Source: Elusimicrobiota bacterium
GTDB lineage: Bacteria > Elusimicrobiota > Endomicrobiia > CG1-02-37-114 > JAHJSO01
Direction: 5' to 3'
Length of the DNA stretch: 20,127 nt
Assembly (NCBI GenBank): GCA_043826435.1
Contig: JBDRQF010000016.1
Coordinates: 1 to 20,127, forward strand
Shown: piece after piece, positions 8,899 to 16,989 of the stretch
Layout of the letters: every line of letters begins with the position of its first letter
Position numbering within the stretch: position 1 is the stretch's first letter
The notes under the pieces: model-generated
What the model saw: only the letters and a program-made list of their open reading frames with translations
What the model was told of the DNA's origin: nothing
The model's database searches: none
Made by a program: the position numbers and the translations under genes

Positions 8899-8956
8899 AA
8901 ATTGTCCCGCCCCGAGGGTAAGGCATTCAGCCGACAATTTTAATAACAACCGGAGG
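8899..8956 (+). promoter_or_regulatory. Intergenic inverted repeat plus Shine-Dalgarno upstream of cooS
   Basis: AAATTGTC (8899-8906) and GACAATTT (8933-8940) are a perfect 8-bp inverted pair around a 26-nt GC-rich spacer; GGAGG at 8952-8956, 5 nt before the ATG at 8962. Confidence 0.4.
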
Positions 8957-8961
8957 ATACT

Positions 8962-10899
8962 ATGGATAAAGCGACTCAGGAAATGAAAAAGGTTGCAGAA
9001 AAAAAGGGAATTGAAACTGCGTGGGATAGATATGAAAAGATGATCCCCCAGTGTGGGTTTGGCGAATTAGGAATCTGCTGTAGAAATTGTGTAATGGGGC
9101 CCTGCAGAATTGACCCGTTTGGAGAAGGGGCAAAAGAAGGTATTTGCGGTGCAACCGCAGATATTATTGCTGCAAGGAATCTTGTAAGAATGATCGCTGC
9201 CGGAGCGGCATCTCATTCAGACCATGGAAGAGATGTTGCACATACCTTACTTGCTACATCTGAAGGGAAAACAAAGGGATACAGTATAAAAGGTAAACAA
9301 AAATTATACGATTTAGCCAATGAGTTGAATGTTAAAACTGAAAATAGAAAAATAGAAGAAATTGCACATGATGTTGCTGAAAAATGTTTTGCAGAATTTG
9401 GACAACAACACGGTGAACTTCAATTCACACATCGTGCACCTGTAAAAAGACAGGAAATATGGAGAAAAAACAAATTTACACCCCGTGGTATTGACAGGGA
9501 GATTGTTGAAATTATGCATAGAACCCATATAGGTGTAGATAATGACCACGAAAATCTTATCAAACAAGGGATACGAGCATCATTGGGTGATGGTTGGGGG
9601 GGGAGTATGATTGCAACTGACTTGTCAGATGTAATTTTTGGTATCCCTGAACCAATTCGTTCTATCTCAAATCTTGGCGTATTGAAAGAAGATGAAGTAA
9701 ATTTAGTCGTTCACGGACACGAACCAACACTTTCTGATGTAATTGTTTCAGCAGCCACGGATAAGGAACTTATTGAACTTGCAAAACAATATGGAGCAAA
9801 GGGAATAAACCTTGCAGGTATATGTTGCACAGCAAATGAGATACTTATGCGCCATGGGATACCTCTTGCAGGAAACTTCCTACAGCAGGAACTCGCTGTA
9901 ATTACAGGTGTAGTTGATTTGATGCTTGTTGATGTTCAGTGTGTTATGCCGGCACTTTCTAAATTACAAAGTTGTTTTCACACAAAAGTTATATCTACAA
10001 GCCCGAAAGCAAAATTCCCCGGTGTTGAACATGTAGAATTCAGCGAAGAAGAAGCATTGCCAATAGCAAAGAAGATTGTGAGAATGGCTATTGAAAATTA
10101 TAAAAATAGAAAAAAAGAACTTGTAAACATCCCAAAAGAGAAAATGGAATTGGTTGCAGGTTTTACAAGCGAATATGTCTTTAAGATGTTAGGTGGGAAA
10201 TACCGTTCAACTTACAGACCCCTCAATGACGCAATAATTGCCGGTCGGATCAGAGGTGTTGTGGGAATCGTCGGCTGTAATAACCCAAAAATAAAATACG
10301 ATTGGGCACATATTACTCTGGCAAAGGAACTGATAAAAAATGATGTGCTTGTTGTTGTAACTGGTTGTTCTGCGATGGCAGACGCAAAAGCAGGACTTCT
10401 GGTTCCTGAAGCGGCAAAGGAATATGCCGGGAAAGGACTCCTTGAGATTTGCGAGGCAGTTGGATGTCCGCCTGTTTTACATATGGGCTCCTGTGTGGAT
10501 ATTTCAAGAATTTTAACCACTCTCTGTAATGTTGTTTCAGAAGGCGGTCTCGGAGAAGATATTTCTGATTTACCTGTTGCCGCTGCTGCACCTGAATGGA
10601 TGAGTGAAAAAGCAGTAAGTATTGGCTTTTATGCTGTTGCCTCAGGTATTTATACAGTTTTGGGAATACCTTTTCCAATTTTGGGCGGGAAAGAAATTAC
10701 AGAGTTTGTTACTAAGGGACTAGAAAATATCGTCGGTGCAAATTTTGCTTTTGAGTCCGACCCGATAAAAGCGGCGGAATTAATAATTAAACACTTAAAC
10801 AAAAAACGGGAAGCACTAAAACTAAAACCAATGATGTACGAACCGCCAGTCGGCGCGGCGTCCCCCGTGGAGAATAAAAATGAAAAAAGGAATAATTGA
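8962..10899 (+). CDS. cooS: Anaerobic Ni,Fe carbon monoxide dehydrogenase catalytic subunit (CooS/AcsA)
   Basis: D- and B-cluster motif CGFGELGICCRNCVMGPC...GICGA; HSDH; all six C-cluster ligand motifs (VHGH, CCTANE, DVQC, GCNN, TGC, GSCVD); catalytic Lys in WMSEKA. Confidence 0.97.
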   Translation: MDKATQEMKKVAEKKGIETAWDRYEKMIPQCGFGELGICCRNCVMGPCRIDPFGEGAKEGICGATADIIAARNLVRMIAAGAASHSDHGRDVAHTLLATSEGKTKGYSIKGKQKLYDLANELNVKTENRKIEEIAHDVAEKCFAEFGQQHGELQFTHRAPVKRQEIWRKNKFTPRGIDREIVEIMHRTHIGVDNDHENLIKQGIRASLGDGWGGSMIATDLSDVIFGIPEPIRSISNLGVLKEDEVNLVVHGHEPTLSDVIVSAATDKELIELAKQYGAKGINLAGICCTANEILMRHGIPLAGNFLQQELAVITGVVDLMLVDVQCVMPALSKLQSCFHTKVISTSPKAKFPGVEHVEFSEEEALPIAKKIVRMAIENYKNRKKELVNIPKEKMELVAGFTSEYVFKMLGGKYRSTYRPLNDAIIAGRIRGVVGIVGCNNPKIKYDWAHITLAKELIKNDVLVVVTGCSAMADAKAGLLVPEAAKEYAGKGLLEICEAVGCPPVLHMGSCVDISRILTTLCNVVSEGGLGEDISDLPVAAAAPEWMSEKAVSIGFYAVASGIYTVLGIPFPILGGKEITEFVTKGLENIVGANFAFESDPIKAAELIIKHLNKKREALKLKPMMYEPPVGAASPVENKNEKRNN

Positions 10900-11428
10900 A
10901 ATTAACCCTGAAAGGTGTCTTGCATGTAAGAGTTGCGAAATTGCCTGTGCAGTTGCACACTCCGGGACAAAAAACCTTGAACTCTCTATAAAGGAAATAC
11001 CGCTCCCTGAAAAGAGGGTCCAGGTTGAACAGGCGGATGTTATGAGTAAGTCAGGACAGGGTTTTTTTCTGAAAATGGCGGCACCTCTGCAGTGCAGACA
11101 CTGTGAAGACGCTCCGTGCGTAAAGATCTGTCCCACAAAGGCGCTGACAAAAACGCATCAGGAGGAACCTGTTTTACTGGATAATAAACTCTGTATCGGA
11201 TGTAAGTGGTGCATCCTCGTATGCCCTTTTGGTGTGATAAAAATGGACAGGACGGGCGGGGCGATAATTAAATGTGACTTGTGTATTGAACGGTTAAAAC
11301 AGAACGAACTACCTGCCTGTGTTGTTTCCTGTCCGACTAAAGCAATAAAATTCAGAACGCTTGAAGAAACAGCAAAAGAAAAGAGAAAAAAATTTCTGGT
11401 TGATATAGCATCGGAAAAAAACACTTAA
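10880..11428 (+). CDS. cooF: CooF/HydN-like 4x[4Fe-4S] electron-transfer protein
   Basis: CLACKSCEIAC, CRHCEDAPCVKICP, CIGCKWCILVCP, KCDLC...PACVVSCP; overlaps the cooS 3' end by 20 nt. Confidence 0.88.
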   Translation: MKKGIIEINPERCLACKSCEIACAVAHSGTKNLELSIKEIPLPEKRVQVEQADVMSKSGQGFFLKMAAPLQCRHCEDAPCVKICPTKALTKTHQEEPVLLDNKLCIGCKWCILVCPFGVIKMDRTGGAIIKCDLCIERLKQNELPACVVSCPTKAIKFRTLEETAKEKRKKFLVDIASEKNT

Positions 11429-11432
11429 AAAA

Positions 11433-11870
11433 ATGAAAGACATATTTAATAAATACGAAAAAAAAGACGAAAATATCCTGGGGCTATTAGAGGATATCCA
11501 AACAGAGTTCAATTATCTTTCGGAAGAAAACATCCGTAAGGTTGCAGAGGCGTTCGGCGTGCCTCTGAGCCGTATTTTTGGCATTTCCACTTTCTATAAA
11601 TCGTTCAGTTTAACGCCAAAAGGAAAACATATAATCTGGGTATGCTCAGGAACTGCCTGTCATGTGCGTGGTGCCCCAAAAATATCCGACCGGCTCACAC
11701 AACTCCTCGGGATTGAACCTGGCGGGACAACCCCGGATAACCAGTTCACACTTGAGACAGTCAATTGCCTCGGCGCCTGTGCCCTGGGTCCCCTTGTCGT
11801 TATTGACGGAAAATATCACGGCAAGATGTCTGTTGATAAAATTGAAAAATTGCTGCAGGACTATAAATGA
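11433..11870 (+). CDS. nuoE: NuoE/HydC-like [2Fe-2S] subunit, module 1
   Basis: IQ....YL, TFY..F, CSGTACHVRG...CLGACALGP thioredoxin-like [2Fe-2S] motif. Confidence 0.92.
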   Translation: MKDIFNKYEKKDENILGLLEDIQTEFNYLSEENIRKVAEAFGVPLSRIFGISTFYKSFSLTPKGKHIIWVCSGTACHVRGAPKISDRLTQLLGIEPGGTTPDNQFTLETVNCLGACALGPLVVIDGKYHGKMSVDKIEKLLQDYK

Positions 11871-13768
11871 ATAATACAAAAAAATTGGCATCCATCTCCG
11901 AATTTGAAAACCTCGCAAACAGGTGTATATCTGCAAAATCAAAAGACATTGCCGTTATATCTGTGTGCTGCGGCACCGGATGCACCGCCAGCGGAGCCCT
12001 GGATGTCCTTGCCCGCCTCCGGGAAGAAATAGAAAAAAGGAAACTGGATACAACGACTGACACACTCTTCACCGGATGTCATGGATTCTGCGAGAGAGGT
12101 CCGCTGGTTGTCATAAGGAATTTAAAGGGGAACAAAAACATATTCTATCAACAGGTAAAACCAGAAGATGTTGCTGAAATAATATCAGAAACAGTGCTCA
12201 CGGGAAAAATTATAGGGCGCCTTTTATATATTGACCCGACTACAAAAAATAAAATCATATCAGAAGAAGAGTTGCCTTTTTACAAAAACCAGAAACGGCT
12301 CTTATTCGGAAGCAATGGCAAAATTGACCCGACGAGTATAGAATACTATATTGCCATAGGCGGCTATTCAGCATTAGGTAAAGTTTTAACTTCTATGACT
12401 CCTCAACGAGTCATAGAAGAAATAAAAAAATCGGGTTTGAGAGGAAGGGGCGGTGCGGGTTTCCCTACAGGACGGAAATGGGAGTCCTGTCGTAAAGCGG
12501 TAGGGGACAGTCCCAATTCGGGGACACTCCATACAACCGGGTATGTAATCTGCAATGCTGATGAAGGTGACCCGGGTGCCTTTATGGACAGAAGTTTATT
12601 AGAAGGAAACCCACACTCTGTTCTTGAAGGGATGATAATTGGAGCATATACAATTGGAGTTAAATTGGGCTATATTTATGTCAGAAATGAATATCCTCTG
12701 GCAGTGAAACATTTTAGTATTGCTTTACAACAGGCACGTGAGCATGGTCTTTTAGGAGAAAACATTTTAGGGACAGATCTTTCTTTTGATATAAAAATAA
12801 ACAGAGGTGCTGGTGCGTTCGTATGTGGTGAATCTTCAGCATTACGGGCGTCTATTGAAGGCAGAGTCGGAGAACCGTCTGTGAAATATATTCATGCAAC
12901 TGAAAAAGGATTGTATAATATGCCGACTGTATTAAATAATGTAAAGACATGGGCATCTGTGCCGCTTATAATTAACAACGGTGCTGACTGGTTTTCATCT
13001 ATCGGAACAGAAAAATCAAAGGGAACAATGATATTTTCGCTCGTAGGCAAGATAAACAACACGGGGCTTGTTGAAGTTCCTATGGGAATTACTCTCCGTG
13101 AGATGATATATAATATTGGTGGAGGTATTCCTGGTGGTAAAAAATTCAAAGCAGTTCAGACAGGGGGTCCTTCGGGTGGATGTATTCCTGAAAAATTGTT
13201 GGACTTACCTGTTGATTACGAGGCATTGACACAAGCAGGCTCAATGATGGGTTCCGGCGGAATGATTGTTATGGATGAAGATACATGTATGGTAGAGGTA
13301 GCAAGATACTTTTTAGCGTTCACACAAGATGAGTCCTGCGGCAAATGTACTCCCTGTCGTGAGGGAACAAAACATATGCTTAAAATATTAACAAATATAA
13401 CGAAAGGTAAAGGTAGGGAAGGGGATATAGAACTTCTTGAAGAAATTGGTAATATGGTTAAAGATACAGCACTCTGTGCGCTTGGTAATTCAGCGCCTAA
13501 CCCAGCATTAACAACAATAAAATATTTCAGGGATGAGTACGAGTCGCATATAAACCAGAAGAAATGCCCCGCAAAGGTATGCAAATCGCTGATAAAATAT
13601 TCAGTAATTACCGACAAATGTAATGGCTGCCATTTGTGTTTTGTAAAATGTCCGGAGAAGGCCATCACGGGGACAGCAAAGAAACCGCACATAATCATTA
13701 GGGAAAAATGCGTAAAATGCGGAATATGTTTTGATGTCTGTAAACAAGACGCAATAAAAATTGAATAA
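11867..13768 (+). CDS. nuoF: NuoF/HydB-like FMN/FeS diaphorase subunit, module 1 (long bifurcating-type architecture, atypical nucleotide site)
   Basis: N-terminal CCGTGC...GCHGFC [2Fe-2S] domain; SGLRGRGGAGFPTG; CNADEGDPGAFMDR; GAGAFVCGESSA; GGPSGG; ESCGKCTPCREG...LC; H...KKCPAKVC; C-terminal 2x[4Fe-4S]. Confidence 0.92.
   Translation: MNNTKKLASISEFENLANRCISAKSKDIAVISVCCGTGCTASGALDVLARLREEIEKRKLDTTTDTLFTGCHGFCERGPLVVIRNLKGNKNIFYQQVKPEDVAEIISETVLTGKIIGRLLYIDPTTKNKIISEEELPFYKNQKRLLFGSNGKIDPTSIEYYIAIGGYSALGKVLTSMTPQRVIEEIKKSGLRGRGGAGFPTGRKWESCRKAVGDSPNSGTLHTTGYVICNADEGDPGAFMDRSLLEGNPHSVLEGMIIGAYTIGVKLGYIYVRNEYPLAVKHFSIALQQAREHGLLGENILGTDLSFDIKINRGAGAFVCGESSALRASIEGRVGEPSVKYIHATEKGLYNMPTVLNNVKTWASVPLIINNGADWFSSIGTEKSKGTMIFSLVGKINNTGLVEVPMGITLREMIYNIGGGIPGGKKFKAVQTGGPSGGCIPEKLLDLPVDYEALTQAGSMMGSGGMIVMDEDTCMVEVARYFLAFTQDESCGKCTPCREGTKHMLKILTNITKGKGREGDIELLEEIGNMVKDTALCALGNSAPNPALTTIKYFRDEYESHINQKKCPAKVCKSLIKYSVITDKCNGCHLCFVKCPEKAITGTAKKPHIIIREKCVKCGICFDVCKQDAIKIE
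12503..12530. repeat. Short palindromic direct repeat (REP-like) inside nuoF copy 1
   Basis: GGGGACAGTCC (12503-12513) and GGGGACACTCC (12520-12530), one mismatch; GGGAC-A-GTCCC (12504-12514) is palindromic. Confidence 0.55.
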
Positions 13769-13792
13769 AATGCATAAAATAAATATTGATGG
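13724..13792 (+). repeat. 69-bp exact direct repeat, copy 1 (nuoF1 end / next gene start)
   Basis: ATATGTTTTGATGTCTGTAAACAAGACGCAATAAAAATTGAATAAAATGCATAAAATAAATATTGATGG, identical to 16921-16989. Additional identical patches 13597-13626 = 16788-16817 and 13848-13872 = 17081-17105. Confidence 0.9.
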
Positions 13793-14579
13793 ACAAACAG
13801 TAGAAGTAGAGCCACACCGACAGTCATCAACAGAAAAAACAATACTGGAAGTTGCGAAATCTGCTGGTATATATATTCCAACACTGTGCTATCATCCTGC
13901 ATTAGAGCCATATGGCGCATGTAGATTGTGTTTAGTTGAAATAACAAAACCCGAATGGAAAGAATGGTCAAAATTGGTTGTTTCGTGTGCATATCATGTA
14001 GAAAATAATCTAATAGTAAAAACATCGTCAGAAAAAGTTATAAAAGCAAGAAAATTTATATTAGAACTTTTACTTGCCCGTGTTCCTGAATCAGATGTAA
14101 TACAAAAGTTAGCAAATCAATATGGAATAACAAAAACTCGTTTCTCATCGTCGCTCAACCCTGAACCCCCAACCCTGAACTGCATTTTATGCGGTTTATG
14201 TGTTCGTGTATGTGATGAAATTATTGGTGAAAATGCCATATGTTTTGCATATCGCGGTGCAAATCGTGAAGTTATGGCGCCATTTAATAAACCGTCTGAA
14301 GTTTGTCTAACCTGTGGGGCATGTGCATTTGTGTGTCCTATGGGTGCAATAAAGATTGAGGACATTGTTGATATTAGAAAAATCAGCATATCAAAAACAG
14401 AAGCAAGTTTAGTCAGATGTAAAAATTGTGGCGTTACTTTTACAGCGTTACCTGTTTCAGAAAAAGTTAAGAAAAAATTCCAGACGCTACAGGAATTACT
14501 TGAGTTGTGTCAAAAATGCCGTAGAAAAAAAACAATTGAAAAACTTTCCTATGGACCAATGGCTATCAGAAATATTTAA
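13770..14579 (+). CDS. NuoG-N-terminus / HydA-N-terminus-like FeS subunit without catalytic domain (HylA/BamI-like)
   Basis: IPTLC...GACRLC...VSC [2Fe-2S]; CILCGLCVRVC and CLTCGACAFVCP 2x[4Fe-4S]; C-terminal CKNC...CQKC; no H-cluster or molybdopterin domain. ATG 13770 preferred over the in-frame TTG at 13761. Confidence 0.85.
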   Translation: MHKINIDGQTVEVEPHRQSSTEKTILEVAKSAGIYIPTLCYHPALEPYGACRLCLVEITKPEWKEWSKLVVSCAYHVENNLIVKTSSEKVIKARKFILELLLARVPESDVIQKLANQYGITKTRFSSSLNPEPPTLNCILCGLCVRVCDEIIGENAICFAYRGANREVMAPFNKPSEVCLTCGACAFVCPMGAIKIEDIVDIRKISISKTEASLVRCKNCGVTFTALPVSEKVKKKFQTLQELLELCQKCRRKKTIEKLSYGPMAIRNI

Positions 14580-15003
14580 GTCATACAAGAACCAACCAAA
14601 TGTATTGATTGGTGTTCTCCAAAAAATCCAGGACAAAATTGGCTATATCCCGGAAGATAGTATTGAGCAAATATCAAAATTTTTAAAAATATCTCGATCA
14701 AAAATTTTTGGCGTGGCGAGTTTCTATTCACAGTTTAAATTCACAAAACCACCAAAACATTCTATAAAGGTATGTCTGGGAACTGCGTGTCATGTTCGTG
14801 GCGGGCAGAATTTAGTTGATGTATTAGAAAAAGAATTAAAAATTACTTGCGGTAATGTTACACAGGACGGTAAATTTGGTTTAGAGCGGGTTGCATGTTT
14901 TGGTTGCTGCGCTTTGGGTCCAATAGTTGTCGTTGACAATAAGGTTTATGGAAGGATGACACCGCAAAAAATAAAGAAACTGGTTGTGCAAATAAGCGAG
15001 TAA
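14551..15003 (+). CDS. nuoE: NuoE/HydC-like [2Fe-2S] subunit, module 2
   Basis: LQ.IQ...GYIP, VASFYSQF, CLGTACHVRG...CFGCCALGP. Start moved from the ORF-track 14428 to ATG 14551 (MDQWLSEIF), giving 150 aa, similar to the module 1 paralog. Confidence 0.9.
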   Translation: MDQWLSEIFKSYKNQPNVLIGVLQKIQDKIGYIPEDSIEQISKFLKISRSKIFGVASFYSQFKFTKPPKHSIKVCLGTACHVRGGQNLVDVLEKELKITCGNVTQDGKFGLERVACFGCCALGPIVVVDNKVYGRMTPQKIKKLVVQISE

Positions 15004-15024
15004 TCAATCGGTTAATTTAGAAAA

Positions 15025-16965
15025 ATGAATTTCACAGAACTTAAACAAACTTCTCTTACGGAATGGGGTAAAATTAAAAATCCATCCGGCTCTGCCACAC
15101 TGATTTTTGTTGGTATGGCAACCTGCGGCAAGTCCGCTGGTGCTGAAGAAGTAATCAGTGAACTAAAGAAAAATCTGTCTATAAAAAAAATTAAATTTGA
15201 AATAATTTCCGTCGGGTGCATCGGTCTTTGTTATTTAGAGCCATTAGTTGATGTGGTAAAACATGGTAAGCCACGGGTTTGTTTTGGTAAGGTTACAGTT
15301 GAAAATGTTTCGGCAATTGTTGACTATATTTTATCTGATAAAATACCAAAAAAACTTGTTATCGGAACAATAGGGGAAAAACCATTAAATGGTATTCCGG
15401 CCCTGTCTGAAATACCTTATATGAAATATCAGGTCCGAAGGATTCTGAAAAGATGCGGGTTTATTGACCCGGAAAATATTTACCATTACATAGCAAATGA
15501 TGGATATAGCGGATTAGAGAATGCATTAAAAATGTCTCCTGATGAAATTATTGATGAAATAAAAAAATCTGGTTTGCGCGGTCGTGGTGGCGCTGGTTTT
15601 CCGACAGGAATAAAATGGGCTGCCGGCAGACAGGCGGGTGCGGAAGAACAACTACAAACTACGACTGTCCATAACAGAACCGGGGAAAACTACACCTGTT
15701 CCGAACAGCGCCGCGGGAAACTACAAACTAAATACATAATATGTAATGCAGATGAAGGTGACCCCGGCGCATTTATGAACCGGGCATTGTTAGAAAGCGA
15801 CCCGCATTCTGTTTTGGAAGGGATGTTGATTGCTGGATATGCTATCGGCGCAGAAGAGGGGTATATTTACTGTAGAGCGGAATATCCTCTTGCGCTGCGG
15901 CGATTAAACATTGCCCTTAAACAAATGGATGATTTGAAATTAATTGGTGAGAAAATTTTAAACTCTAAATTTAATTTTAAAATACACATAAAAGAAGGGG
16001 CGGGTGCATTTGTTTGTGGCGAGGAAACAGCGCTTATACATTCTATTGAAGGTAAAAGGGGGGCACCCCGTGCAAGGCCTCCATTTCCTGTAGAAAAAGG
16101 GTTGCGTGATAAACCCACAGTAATAAACAATGTTGAAACACTGGCGAATGTCTCTATAATACTTCAAAATAGTGCCCGGTGGTTTGCTGAATACGGAACA
16201 GAAAAAAGTAAAGGAACAAAGACGTTCTGTCTGGTCGGTAAAATAAAAAATACCGGTTTAATTGAAGTTCCATTAGGAACAACTCTAAAAAGAGTTATCT
16301 ATGATATCGGGGATGGAATACCGGAAGATAAAAAATTTAAGGCGATACAAATTGGCGGTCCCTCTGGCGGGTGTATACCAAAGAACTTATTAGACCTGCC
16401 AATTGATTATGAATCCCTGACATCTGCTGGGGCAATTATGGGCTCCGGTGGTATGATTGTTATAGACGAAAATAATTGCGTTGTTGATTTGGCAAAATAT
16501 TTTCTTTCTTTTACACAAAAAGAGTCCTGTGGAAAATGTGTACCATGCCGTGTAGGAACAAAACAGATGTTGAATATACTGGAAAAAATCACAAATGGCT
16601 CAGGGGTGATGAATGATTTAATTAAACTACAAGAACTTGCTAAAACAATTAAATTAAGTTCACTGTGTGGCTTGGGACAGACATCGCCTAATCCTGTGCT
16701 GACTACAATAAAATATTTCTACAACGAATATGAGGCACACATAAAAGACAAAAAATGTCCGGCAAAGGTATGTAAATCGCTGATAACATATTCAGTAATT
16801 ACCGACAAATGTAATGGATGCCATTTGTGTTTCAAGAACTGTCCACAGGAGCCGAAAGCAATTTCAGGAGAACCGAAAAAAACACACAGAATCATTCAGG
16901 CTAAATGTATAAAATGCGGTATATGTTTTGATGTCTGTAAACAAGACGCAATAAAAATTGAATAA
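15025..16965 (+). CDS. nuoF: NuoF/HydB-like FMN/FeS NADH-binding diaphorase subunit, module 2 (bifurcating-type architecture)
   Basis: N-terminal GMATCG...GCIGLC domain; SGLRGRGGAGFPTG; CNADEGDPGAFMNR; GAGAFVCGEETAL; PRARPPFP; NNVET; GGPSGG; ESCGKCVPCRVG...LC; H...KKCPAKVC; C-terminal 2x[4Fe-4S]. Confidence 0.93.
   Translation: MNFTELKQTSLTEWGKIKNPSGSATLIFVGMATCGKSAGAEEVISELKKNLSIKKIKFEIISVGCIGLCYLEPLVDVVKHGKPRVCFGKVTVENVSAIVDYILSDKIPKKLVIGTIGEKPLNGIPALSEIPYMKYQVRRILKRCGFIDPENIYHYIANDGYSGLENALKMSPDEIIDEIKKSGLRGRGGAGFPTGIKWAAGRQAGAEEQLQTTTVHNRTGENYTCSEQRRGKLQTKYIICNADEGDPGAFMNRALLESDPHSVLEGMLIAGYAIGAEEGYIYCRAEYPLALRRLNIALKQMDDLKLIGEKILNSKFNFKIHIKEGAGAFVCGEETALIHSIEGKRGAPRARPPFPVEKGLRDKPTVINNVETLANVSIILQNSARWFAEYGTEKSKGTKTFCLVGKIKNTGLIEVPLGTTLKRVIYDIGDGIPEDKKFKAIQIGGPSGGCIPKNLLDLPIDYESLTSAGAIMGSGGMIVIDENNCVVDLAKYFLSFTQKESCGKCVPCRVGTKQMLNILEKITNGSGVMNDLIKLQELAKTIKLSSLCGLGQTSPNPVLTTIKYFYNEYEAHIKDKKCPAKVCKSLITYSVITDKCNGCHLCFKNCPQEPKAISGEPKKTHRIIQAKCIKCGICFDVCKQDAIKIE
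15649..15730. repeat. In-frame repeat insertion in nuoF copy 2: two degenerate 31-bp units framed by AAACTAC heptamers
   Basis: 15656-15686 and 15687-15717 match at 22/31 positions; (C/A)AACTAC at 15649, 15656, 15687, 15718, with AAACTA at 15725. Confidence 0.65.
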
Positions 16966-16989
16966 AATGCATAAAATAAATATTGATGG
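16921..16989 (+). repeat. 69-bp exact direct repeat, copy 2 (nuoF2 end / fdh start)
   Basis: Identical to 13724-13792. Confidence 0.9.

Noticed and set aside
8903..8936. CooA/CRP-FNR-type binding site (TGTC...GACA) or a known riboswitch before cooS
   Set aside because: The half-sites are 26 nt apart rather than the short CRP-family spacing, and the 68-nt gap shows no riboswitch consensus I can recognise.
10843..10870. GC-rich mini-hairpin (CGCC-AGTC-GGCG) at the cooS 3' end as a repeat element
   Set aside because: Only a 4-bp stem and a single copy in the window; not distinguishable from chance.
13216..14025. 269-aa minus-strand ORF, and the other short alternative-frame ORFs
   Set aside because: They lie wholly antisense to or within well-supported genes and show no recognisable motifs; they are shadow ORFs.
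14428..14550. Longer N-terminus of the second NuoE given by the ORF track
   Set aside because: It would overlap the upstream gene by about 150 nt and has no NuoE-like character; ATG 14551 gives a normal-length protein.
13770..14579. [FeFe]-hydrogenase catalytic subunit or a truncated pseudogene of one
   Set aside because: No H-cluster motifs in this ORF or the ORFs after it; the ORF is intact, has its own C-terminal Cys motif and overlaps the next gene normally.
15649..15730. Mini CRISPR array
   Set aside because: Only two degenerate units with no unique spacers, located in-frame within a gene, and no cas genes in the window.
11433..16965. Respiratory complex I (nuo) operon
   Set aside because: No NuoA-D or NuoH-N genes are present; the NuoF-like proteins have extra N- and C-terminal FeS domains typical of soluble HydB-family proteins. 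The nuoE/nuoF symbols denote homology only.
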